Virus record (IMG/VR): IMGVR_UViG_3300022752_000016
Length of the DNA: 64,000 nucleotides
Strand: one strand, 5' to 3'
Origin: a virus
Lineage: Duplodnaviria; Caudoviricetes
The notes under the pieces are model-generated. The model searched no databases, was not told where the DNA came from, and was given only the letters and a program-made list of their open reading frames with translations. Of the stretch, positions 26,264 to 34,601 are shown one piece after another. Position 1 is the stretch's first letter, and every line of letters starts with the position of its first letter. The translations under genes were made by a program, and so were the position numbers.

Positions 26264-27493
26264 ATGGGCCGCCCTTTAAAAATTGCCAAAGCGCAAGCAA
26301 TTCTAACAATTACAGATACTACAGCAGCAACAGATTATGTAACAGTTAGTCAAAGTTTAACAAATTTAGGTGTAATTGCTGGTATGCCTTTTGTTACTGC
26401 AAGTTCAACAGGTGGATTAACAGCAGGTACAACATATTACATTTTGCAAGTAATTAATGCTAACAATTTTACAGTATCAGCAACTCAACTCAGTGCTAAT
26501 CCAACTTATGCTGTAGTTGCATTAAGTGATACATCAGGTACTACAGTAAGTGCAACAGTAGGTGTTGTTGATAGTGGATTTAACAATCCAGAAGGCACAG
26601 CAAATACATATGGCGTAGTTGGTGGTAATACTGCTATTATTGGAAAACAAGTTTTATGCCGTGTTGCGATAGGTGTAACTGGGACTGGCAATATATATAC
26701 TTCAAATGCAAGTGATATTGTAGTAGGACAAGGTACTGATTTTGGTAATGTAGCAGATTTAGCAGCAGGATCAGCAATTCAAGTTATTAACAGTCAAACA
26801 GGTGCTGTAACAAATATTGGATTTGTAAATGCTGTTGCAGCTATTACAGAGGCAGTAACTGATACAGTGGCTACAGGATCTTTTGTTGTAACAAGTGGTA
26901 ATGCTCAAAACTTTCTGCCAAATGCACCATTAACATTTGATGCAAACATTGGTGGTTTAACAACAGGCACAACATATTACATTAAAACAGTTGCAAACGC
27001 TACACACTTTACAGTTTCTACAACACAAGGTGGTGTAGCAGTTGCAGTTACAAATGATACTGATACAGCTAATGCAACACAAGATGCGTTTACATTAACT
27101 GCTAATTCCGTTGTTTCTACAAGTAATAGTGCATGGATTTACGCAAATGATGAAGCAGGGTTTATTGTTCGTCAAAAAGGTAAACAAAAATATCTAGTAA
27201 CAGGTGCTACAAGTGGTTTGACAGCACAATGTTACACAGCAAATTTGGCAAACACAGCATTAATACCTAACTCAATGAGTATACTTGCTACATATGCTAA
27301 TACAACAACTCAGCGTGTTCAAAGCTTAAGTGATATTAATTCTGAATTGTTTACAGCAACATCAGGACCAATTGCAACAGGTAATATTGTACTAGCAAAT
27401 GCGACTCCAGTATATGGAACATTTAACAGTGCAGTAGCAGCTAACACAGCAAATGGTTTAATTTACCCATTAGTACAAATTGCATCAGCATAA
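26264..27493 (+). CDS. Virion structural protein (MGRPLK-type N-terminus)
   Basis: Thr/Ala/Gly/Val-rich with two GGLxxGTTYYI modules; strong expression signals. Confidence 0.65.
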   Translation: MGRPLKIAKAQAILTITDTTAATDYVTVSQSLTNLGVIAGMPFVTASSTGGLTAGTTYYILQVINANNFTVSATQLSANPTYAVVALSDTSGTTVSATVGVVDSGFNNPEGTANTYGVVGGNTAIIGKQVLCRVAIGVTGTGNIYTSNASDIVVGQGTDFGNVADLAAGSAIQVINSQTGAVTNIGFVNAVAAITEAVTDTVATGSFVVTSGNAQNFLPNAPLTFDANIGGLTTGTTYYIKTVANATHFTVSTTQGGVAVAVTNDTDTANATQDAFTLTANSVVSTSNSAWIYANDEAGFIVRQKGKQKYLVTGATSGLTAQCYTANLANTALIPNSMSILATYANTTTQRVQSLSDINSELFTATSGPIATGNIVLANATPVYGTFNSAVAANTANGLIYPLVQIASA

Positions 27494-27497
27494 TATC

Positions 27498-27803
27498 ATG
27501 GCACAACCATTACAAGTTCATACAGAAACCGAGGTAGCTATCCTTCAAGTTCAATATAAAAATCTTGATGAAAAAGTCGATGATTTAAAAGTTGAAGTTA
27601 AAGATATGCGTGTATCTTTAGAAAGGCATTCCAAAGAACACACGGAAATGATGAAGTCTATGGAAGTTTCAGCATCCAATGCACATTCTGAGTTAAGTAA
27701 GAAAATTTCAGCTTTAGAAAAATGGCGTTGGATGTTAATGGGTGCAGGTGTAGTTATCGGAGCTTTAGGTTGGCCTACAATAGGTAAATTATTAGGTAAC
27801 TGA
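27498..27803 (+). CDS. Coiled-coil protein with C-terminal TM helix (XhlA/holin-like)
   Basis: Heptad region followed by KWRWMLMGAGVVIGALGW; ATG at 27498 preferred. Confidence 0.55.
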   Translation: MAQPLQVHTETEVAILQVQYKNLDEKVDDLKVEVKDMRVSLERHSKEHTEMMKSMEVSASNAHSELSKKISALEKWRWMLMGAGVVIGALGWPTIGKLLGN

Positions 27804-28217
27804 TAAAGTTGAGGGAATGTTTCCCTCAACTAATTTTAATTTTTCTTGTACTAATTCAAAATTAATTGTAGAAAATAAACCAGGATGTAGGGGTTTGGGA
27901 TATTGATCTTTCATTACCCAAGCATATCCACAATGTTCATTGTTTAAAATAGGAATAAATTCTATTCCTACATCACAAAAAAATGTATGATAAACAAAAG
28001 TTTTATTAACAAATTTTTGAATAGGAATTAATTTATATAAGGTTATATCGAAATTTATTTCTTCTAAACATTCTCTTTTTAAACCAGTAAACAGTGTTTC
28101 ATTTTTTTCAATTTTGCCACCTGGAATACCCCAAGACGCATTTTTGTCTGTTCTTAATAAAAAAAGATATCGATTTGTTGATTTACTGTAAAAAAAAATA
28201 CCTGCTGAATTACTCAT
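27792..28217 (-). CDS. NUDIX hydrolase
   Basis: Nudix box GGKIEKNETLFTGLKRECLEEINF. Confidence 0.9.
   Translation of the reverse strand: MSNSAGIFFYSKSTNRYLFLLRTDKNASWGIPGGKIEKNETLFTGLKRECLEEINFDITLYKLIPIQKFVNKTFVYHTFFCDVGIEFIPILNNEHCGYAWVMKDQYPKPLHPGLFSTINFELVQEKLKLVEGNIPSTLSVT
27807..27831. terminator. Hairpin at a convergent junction, probable bidirectional terminator
   Basis: AGTTGAGGGAA-TGT-TTCCCTCAACT, 11-bp stem. Confidence 0.7.
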
Positions 28218-28235
28218 ATTAATAATTTATCTAAA

Positions 28236-29606
28236 TTAAATTACAATAGAATAATCTCCTTCACCATACCATCCTTCATAAGATTTATACCAGGCATTAT
28301 CATTAAAGCGATATTGCACATTATTAGTTAAATTTGTTACATATTCTATTGTAGTTGCAGTGTTTGAATTAAAAACAACGTTCCAAAGGCCAGTAGTCGA
28401 ATTATACTGTATTATATCATTTGCATTTGCAACAAGAGTTCCCCAGCCTTGTGTAGTTTCTCCAATACTTCCAATTTCTTCAACAAGTAAGTATCTTGTA
28501 TTATTAATAGGTCCTGGTAATCCAAAATTAGGTGACATTAATCTAGGATTTATAATTTTATTAACTGGCAGTAACGTATTTTGTGGCAGTGTGTCAGGGT
28601 CAATATTATACAATAAAATCCTATCATCTAAAGGATCAGGTACAATTGTTCCAACAATATCTTCATCCATATATGGATTTTCTAACCAAATTTGACTTAT
28701 ACCTGGTTTAAATTCGCCATAAACATTTAAAAAACTACTCCAGTATAATGAACTATTCGGTGGGATAGGTAATTCTATTTCTGTATTTGGTGGATAAAAT
28801 GGTTGATTTGCAGGCAATAGTTGTAAAGTATTATTAATTAACAAAATTTTATAACCAAATGGTGTAATTTTCTGTCTTGTCCCTAATAGTAAATCATCGT
28901 CTTGCATATCTTCTAAGGCTTTGCCTTGAAAAATACTTGTTATAATTTTATAAATTACTCCTGCCTTTTTAAGTTTACTAGAATTACTTAACCAAATAGG
29001 CATATAAAACTTCCATGTAAGTACATCAATAGGATTATTAGTACCTTGAGGAATTGAACGAGATGAAAAAGTAAGTCCATCCTGATATACAACAGATAGC
29101 GAAGTCCAATCTACGAAGTTATCAGTACTTTGTATCTCCAAACTTGGATTAAATAGTGTTCCCAGTTGTTCTATTAATTCTAATTTTTGATTATAATTTG
29201 TTGTCCAAAAGTCTACTGTAACTCTTAGAGTATATGGGACAGGCATAAGTCTTTCTATTGTAAATGCTTGTCCTTGGGTCTGCATGTATGACTCAGTTTG
29301 TTGATCATAAGTTCTTTGTCTTACATTAAGTTTATCAACATAATAAGGTTCTTGTGTTCTACTTTGATCATATTCCAATCCACTTATATAATATGTAATT
29401 AAAGGAGCACTGGGTAAATTACTACTTGAATTTTTTGCAATTATAGTTGCAGCTTGTCTACTACTATCTCCATACATTATAGGCACTCTAACTAATATAT
29501 TATGACCATTGGGATCTTTACCTTTGGTTACATACCAATTGCTAAAAATTTTAGCGAATTGTAACAAAAAACGTCTTATTTGTTGATCGTAAAAAAATTG
29601 TGCCAT
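28236..29606 (-). CDS. gp15: Tail terminator / sheath stabiliser (T4 gp15-like) with C-terminal extension
   Basis: FFYDQQIRRFLLQFAKIFSN...VPIMYG N-terminus and PVPYTLRVTVDFWT. Confidence 0.7.
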   Translation of the reverse strand: MAQFFYDQQIRRFLLQFAKIFSNWYVTKGKDPNGHNILVRVPIMYGDSSRQAATIIAKNSSSNLPSAPLITYYISGLEYDQSRTQEPYYVDKLNVRQRTYDQQTESYMQTQGQAFTIERLMPVPYTLRVTVDFWTTNYNQKLELIEQLGTLFNPSLEIQSTDNFVDWTSLSVVYQDGLTFSSRSIPQGTNNPIDVLTWKFYMPIWLSNSSKLKKAGVIYKIITSIFQGKALEDMQDDDLLLGTRQKITPFGYKILLINNTLQLLPANQPFYPPNTEIELPIPPNSSLYWSSFLNVYGEFKPGISQIWLENPYMDEDIVGTIVPDPLDDRILLYNIDPDTLPQNTLLPVNKIINPRLMSPNFGLPGPINNTRYLLVEEIGSIGETTQGWGTLVANANDIIQYNSTTGLWNVVFNSNTATTIEYVTNLTNNVQYRFNDNAWYKSYEGWYGEGDYSIVI

Positions 29607-29609
29607 AAT

Positions 29610-31328
29610 TTAAGGTTTAGGTGGTAAATCAGGAAAAGGTAAATCAAGTATAGAAGATAAAGGTTGTGCACTAGGAATATAAGTTTGTGTTTGTTGGGTA
29701 AATATAACTTCTTTGTTATTTATAAAAGATGAACGTAAAGATTTATCTTCATCTGTAAATCCTGTTTCAGTACGAACTTTTTTAGAAATTCTAACCCAAA
29801 TTTTACCGTCCCATCTATATAAAATTTGCGGTAAATAATCAATTCGTAAAAAATAATCACCTACCTGAGGATTTTTAGGAAAACTTATGCCTGCACCTGA
29901 AGGTAACCCGTTAGGTGGTAGTCCTGTACCAGTCATATACCCTATGGCATAACCATAACTTCTAGGAGTAGCCCTCGCAATATATTGAAATCTAGGATCA
30001 GCGTCCGCACGATAATCCATTTGCTGGGTAACTGTTCCAGTAAATCCTGGTTCTACGGGGTTTTGATCGGCTGTAGCATAAGTATTGTCTGCTGTACCAT
30101 AAGGTCCAGTTACTGGTCCCATTGAACGCACCACTAGTACTTTTTCTCCAGAGACTTGTCCTGAACCAGTATCTAGTTTTTCTAAAGCTACTGTTTGAAC
30201 TTCTAAACTTGTCTGTACAAACTTATCTAGCTTATCCGCTAAATGATCCATGTCTACAGTCATGTCCCAAAAATTGCTTAATTCGGCATTGTTTAGTTTA
30301 ATCACAGGACTTGCATTTTTATATTTAGGATTTCTAACCATAGCAACTGTACCTGTTACAGTTGTAATAGGTGGCCCATTATTTGTATTAACATTAATAG
30401 GAGGAGCAGGCTGCCCAACTTTATGTGAAAGAACATTATTTTCTTCGTATTCACCATAAGTTGGCAAAACATAAAGTCGAGAATCATCATATCCCGCTAA
30501 AGGTAAAATACGTTTTGCTTCATCAAGGACAGCATTATTAATTTCAATGTTTTTATTATAGGTAGCAAGTATATCTTTAAGGTCTTCTGCTGTATCGATT
30601 TCCCAATATGTACTATTTGGCGGAGTTATACCTGCAGGTACTTCAATTTTAGATTTATAATTTTTATTACCAAAACTTACAACATATCCTGCAGGATAAA
30701 CTTTTGTATTATCGTAAATTCCTAAATAGGTATCATTATTAATTGGTTCTTGAAGTATTTGACTAAATTCCTGACTATCAATTAAAGGTTCACATTTAAT
30801 GCGCCAAAGATGTGGATACCATGTTTGACTGAAACCTTCACTCGCAAAGTTTGAATCAGTAATTTGATAAAATCTTTTAAGTGCAACTGGAATAGTTTCA
30901 GGCAACGGATTGTAATCAAGCAAATGTGGGAGTTCTAAAACATCTCCTACCATAAGTTTTCTACCAATTATATCAATCATATCATTATAATGTACAGTTA
31001 CAAATATTATGTCATTATTTAAAAATAAACCGAATTGACTTAAATCAAAATCAAGATTTTGTACATTATAATGACCACGCAACCTATATATGTTTGGATC
31101 GTAACTACGGTCTCTATTTTCTAAAAATAATAGGTCCTGAATATTATTAGGGTTAAGATTACTGTACTCAGGTAAGGTATAATCTTCGCTAGCACCTTGA
31201 TTAGTTGGCCCTAAATACTTGTGAATGTATAAATCAGTGCCACCAACCGTAAGCATCTCCGATATTGTCTTATCGAAAAACCTGTAGTCATTTTGTTTAT
31301 TTGGTCTATAAAGAGATAATTTTGGCAT
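29610..31328 (-). CDS. gp14: Neck protein (T4 gp14-like) with inserted aromatic carbohydrate-binding-like module
   Basis: GGTDLYIHKY, IQDLLFLENRDR, FGLFL, GDVLELP; insertion YDNTKVYPAG...STYWE. Confidence 0.6.
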   Translation of the reverse strand: MPKLSLYRPNKQNDYRFFDKTISEMLTVGGTDLYIHKYLGPTNQGASEDYTLPEYSNLNPNNIQDLLFLENRDRSYDPNIYRLRGHYNVQNLDFDLSQFGLFLNNDIIFVTVHYNDMIDIIGRKLMVGDVLELPHLLDYNPLPETIPVALKRFYQITDSNFASEGFSQTWYPHLWRIKCEPLIDSQEFSQILQEPINNDTYLGIYDNTKVYPAGYVVSFGNKNYKSKIEVPAGITPPNSTYWEIDTAEDLKDILATYNKNIEINNAVLDEAKRILPLAGYDDSRLYVLPTYGEYEENNVLSHKVGQPAPPINVNTNNGPPITTVTGTVAMVRNPKYKNASPVIKLNNAELSNFWDMTVDMDHLADKLDKFVQTSLEVQTVALEKLDTGSGQVSGEKVLVVRSMGPVTGPYGTADNTYATADQNPVEPGFTGTVTQQMDYRADADPRFQYIARATPRSYGYAIGYMTGTGLPPNGLPSGAGISFPKNPQVGDYFLRIDYLPQILYRWDGKIWVRISKKVRTETGFTDEDKSLRSSFINNKEVIFTQQTQTYIPSAQPLSSILDLPFPDLPPKP

Positions 31329-31332
31329 ATAG

Positions 31333-31339
31333 TATTTAT
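31333..31339 (-). promoter_or_regulatory. Late promoter ATAAATA, 4 nt from the gp14-like ATG
   Basis: The reverse strand reads gATAAATActatATG; no SD. Confidence 0.6.
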
Positions 31340-31349
31340 CGGATCAGGC

Positions 31350-31378
31350 TTGACAATAAATGGGCTTTATCGTATAAT
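31350..31378 (+). promoter_or_regulatory. Perfect-consensus sigma70 promoter
   Basis: TTGACA (31350-55), 17 nt, TATAAT (31373-78). Confidence 0.88.
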
Positions 31379-31407
31379 AGTAAATACTGTAAATTTTGGA
31401 GAATTAC

Positions 31408-32637
31408 ATGGCACGAAAGGCAAAAGCAGCACCAGTCGAACCTAAACAAAAGACAATTAAAAAGGTCACAAAGTCAGCGACTTCGTTAGTACTAATAAAA
31501 TCACTTGATCCTAAAGATCCTGATACCAAATATTTCGGTAATGAACCTGAATTTACTGTACAACCTGAAAATCGTTTTACAGCATTGGCAAAAGCTTTTA
31601 CTTGGTACAATAGATTTTATACAAGAAAAGATGCTAAGGAAGCACTTGCACAATATCTAGACCAAAGTGACAGGGCAGTAGATGCGAAGATTATTAGGAA
31701 AGTAGATGACAATGAATTGATTCCCACTATTTGTTGGTTGAGTCGAATGAAATTACGTGGCTTAGAACTAAACGAACAGGAACAAGCTACATTGGACAAA
31801 GAAATTTCACGTTTAATAAAGGCTGTTCATAAGCCTGAATTAAGAATTTCAGCTACTGGTAAAAATTCAATTTTTAAAAAAGAATCTCTTAAACCAAATG
31901 TTCAAGATATCATGCGTCAACGTACCCGAGAGGCAGGTGGTGAACTAGAGGGTTTGTTTGATGATTTTATTACTGAAGGTGCAAGTGCTAAGTTTGCTAT
32001 AAAAGTAATAGATGAGGTTCAAAGAAAAAACATACTACCACAGCATATTTCCATACTTACTGAAGTATGGAAGAAAAAACAAGACGAGTTTACAACTTTG
32101 CTTAAAGGTAAAGATGGCCAATTAAATGAAGGCTATAGACATTTAACTAAAGTACAAATTAAAAATATTATCAAGTTTATTGAACAAGTCATTAGTGACC
32201 TTAACAGCTATGTTAGTGTAAAAAAGGCTGCTAAGACTCCTAGGGCACGTAAGGCAATTCCTGTAGAAAAGCAAGTTGCTAAATTAAAATTTTTAAAAGA
32301 ATACAAAGACCCTGCAATAAAACTAGACTTATTAAGTTTACATCCAGTAAAATTGCATGGAGCAACTGAGGCTTGGGTGTATGATACAGCAAAACGTAAA
32401 TTACATCATTATGTAGCAGATGAATATAGTAAAACATTTAGTGTAAAGGGCAATACATTATTGGGCTTTTGTTCCAAACAAAGTGAAGTTAAAACTTTAC
32501 GTAAACCTGCTGAACAAATTAAAGAAATTGTAGGTAGCAAGCCTGCCGCTAGAAAGTATTTTAAAGAAATTAAAGCAGTTAGTATTACTCCAAATGGAAG
32601 ATTTAATGAAGCAATGGTAATTCTTAAAGCTTTTTGA
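31408..32637 (+). CDS. Conserved basic hypothetical protein, probably early
   Basis: SD GGAG before the ATG at 31408; Lys-rich; consensus sigma70 promoter. Confidence 0.7.
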   Translation: MARKAKAAPVEPKQKTIKKVTKSATSLVLIKSLDPKDPDTKYFGNEPEFTVQPENRFTALAKAFTWYNRFYTRKDAKEALAQYLDQSDRAVDAKIIRKVDDNELIPTICWLSRMKLRGLELNEQEQATLDKEISRLIKAVHKPELRISATGKNSIFKKESLKPNVQDIMRQRTREAGGELEGLFDDFITEGASAKFAIKVIDEVQRKNILPQHISILTEVWKKKQDEFTTLLKGKDGQLNEGYRHLTKVQIKNIIKFIEQVISDLNSYVSVKKAAKTPRARKAIPVEKQVAKLKFLKEYKDPAIKLDLLSLHPVKLHGATEAWVYDTAKRKLHHYVADEYSKTFSVKGNTLLGFCSKQSEVKTLRKPAEQIKEIVGSKPAARKYFKEIKAVSITPNGRFNEAMVILKAF

Positions 32638-32675
32638 CTAATGCAGCCTGATAAATACTCTAAAAGAGGATTATC

Positions 32676-33461
32676 ATGGCTGCTGATCTATTATCTACCC
32701 CAACTAATTTAAATTTACAAGAACTCAAACAAGCTATTTTTGAAAATTGTAGACTTCGTTTAGGTGGTGATATAATTGATTTAGAGTTAGATCCGCAACA
32801 TTATGAAGCGGCTTACAATTATACTATTAAGGTCTATAGACAGAGAGCACAAAATGCCACAATAGAATCATATACTTTAATGACCGTAATAAAAAACATT
32901 GACACCTATACATTACCTAGTGAGTTTATAAATGTTCGTTCACTATTTCGTAGAACAGTTGGATTAGAAACAGGACCAAGTTCTACTGCATTCGACCCCT
33001 TTAGTAGTGCTATATTAAACACTTATTTGCTAAACTACAATTATACTGGTGGTATGGCAACTTATGATTTTTATGCAGGATATGTCGAATTGGCTGCACG
33101 TATGTTTGGAGGTTACGTAACTTATACTTTTAACCCTGTTACCAAAGTGCTAAGAGTTGTTAGAGATTTTAAAGGTACAGGAGAACGTATTTTAATATGG
33201 GCTGATGTTCAACGACCTGAAATTGAACTTTTACAAGATCCAGGAGCTGGAGTATGGATCGGTGATTTCATTTTATCACAACTTAAAATGATTATTGGCG
33301 AAGCAAGAGAAAAATTTGGTACGATTGCAGGTCCAAGTGGTGGCACCTCATTAAATGGAGCTGCTATGAAAGCAGAAGCTAAAGAAGCACAAACAGCATT
33401 ATTAGATCAACTTAAGAATTATGTTGATTACAGTCAACCTTTAACTTGGATACAAGGGTAA
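32676..33461 (+). CDS. gp13: Neck protein (T4 gp13-like)
   Basis: ELKQAIFENCRLRLGGDIIDLELD N-terminus, GTSLNG C-terminal motif; ATAAATA at 32651 and SD GAGG. Confidence 0.75.
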   Translation: MAADLLSTPTNLNLQELKQAIFENCRLRLGGDIIDLELDPQHYEAAYNYTIKVYRQRAQNATIESYTLMTVIKNIDTYTLPSEFINVRSLFRRTVGLETGPSSTAFDPFSSAILNTYLLNYNYTGGMATYDFYAGYVELAARMFGGYVTYTFNPVTKVLRVVRDFKGTGERILIWADVQRPEIELLQDPGAGVWIGDFILSQLKMIIGEAREKFGTIAGPSGGTSLNGAAMKAEAKEAQTALLDQLKNYVDYSQPLTWIQG

Positions 33462-33469
33462 ACTAGTAC

Positions 33470-33497
33470 TTGACTTTTTTCTGTAATATATTACACT
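33470..33497 (+). promoter_or_regulatory. Possible sigma70 promoter for dNMP kinase
   Basis: TTGACT, 16 nt, TACACT; SD GAGGGG. Confidence 0.45.
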
Positions 33498-33518
33498 AAT
33501 ATAAAAGAGGGGTTACTA

Positions 33519-34151
33519 ATGATTATTGGTGTTACTGGTCTTATCGGTAGTGGCAAAGATACTGTAGCAGATTATCTTTGCACGTTTCATGGGTTCAAAC
33601 GATTGAGTTTCGCAGCAAGTTTAAAGGATGCTATTTGTAGCGTATTTGGTTGGGATCGTGAAATGATAGAAGGAACAACAAAAACAAGTCGTGAATGGCG
33701 TGAAAAAGTTGATACATGGTGGGCAGAAAGATTAAATATGCCTCAACTTACTCCAAGATGGGTAATGCAATATTGGGGCACTGAAGTATGCAGAGAAGGA
33801 TTTCATCCTGACATTTGGGTAGCAAGCGTAGAGAATAAGTTAAGAAGTACAAAAGATAATATTGTGATTACTGATTGTAGGTTTATAAATGAAGTTACTG
33901 CAATTAAGAATGCAGGCGGTATTACTTGTAGAATAGAAAGAGGTAAGCGTCCTGATTGGTATGAATATGCAGAACAATACAATCTTGGGCCTTCGAAAAT
34001 AGGTTGGGCACTTGGGAAAAGTGAGCTTGTTAAACGTGGCATACATGCCAGTGAATATAGCAGCGTGGGGTTACACTATGATTTTACTATTGACAACAAC
34101 GGCTCAATTGATGACTTACATGAAAAAATAAAGTCAATAATCAACCTGTAA
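33519..34151 (+). CDS. gp1: Deoxynucleoside monophosphate kinase (T4 gp1-like)
   Basis: IIGVTGLIGSGKDT, FAASLKD, PRWVMQYWGTE, ITDCRF. Confidence 0.9.
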   Translation: MIIGVTGLIGSGKDTVADYLCTFHGFKRLSFAASLKDAICSVFGWDREMIEGTTKTSREWREKVDTWWAERLNMPQLTPRWVMQYWGTEVCREGFHPDIWVASVENKLRSTKDNIVITDCRFINEVTAIKNAGGITCRIERGKRPDWYEYAEQYNLGPSKIGWALGKSELVKRGIHASEYSSVGLHYDFTIDNNGSIDDLHEKIKSIINL

Positions 34152-34481
34152 GTCTCCTTTTATCCATGTTACATTTCTTTTTTTAACTACCTCTACACAG
34201 TTTAAACAAATTGAACGCAAGTTTATAAATTCAACATTTTTTAAATTACCATCTATATGGTATACAATAATTTGTGTAGCATAGCTTGCTTTAAAACCAC
34301 ATAAATCACATGTGGTTTTCTTTTTATATCCAGCTTTATCCCAGTTATATAGTCTGGGTTTAAGCTTTAATTTTTTTCTACCACAAGAATCACAAATAGA
34401 CCGAAAATGCTTAATTTGATTTTTAATATAATTAATAGCACAATAATTTTTATTGCAAGTTTTACATATAGGTCTTTTCAT
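34134..34481 (-). CDS. Zinc-binding HNH-like endonuclease
   Basis: CxxC pairs plus HIDGNLKN...NLRSICLNC; TATAAATA (34494-87) lies 5 nt upstream. Confidence 0.7.
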   Translation of the reverse strand: MKRPICKTCNKNYCAINYIKNQIKHFRSICDSCGRKKLKLKPRLYNWDKAGYKKKTTCDLCGFKASYATQIIVYHIDGNLKNVEFINLRSICLNCVEVVKKRNVTWIKGDLQVDY

Positions 34482-34541
34482 TGTATTATTTATAAAAAAA
34501 CCTTCGAAGGCATAATGTAAGTGCTTTTTTTAACCTTTTAG

Positions 34542-34581
34542 CTAAATAATATTATGCGGTTAAGGTCGTAAACCTCATAAT
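34542..34581 (+). promoter_or_regulatory. Late promoter CTAAATA plus structured leader of the sheath gene
   Basis: CTAAATA 34542-48; ATTATG/CATAAT outer stem containing TTATGCGGTT. Confidence 0.6.
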
Positions 34582-34601
34582 TTTACATAAAGGAAAAAGC
34601 A

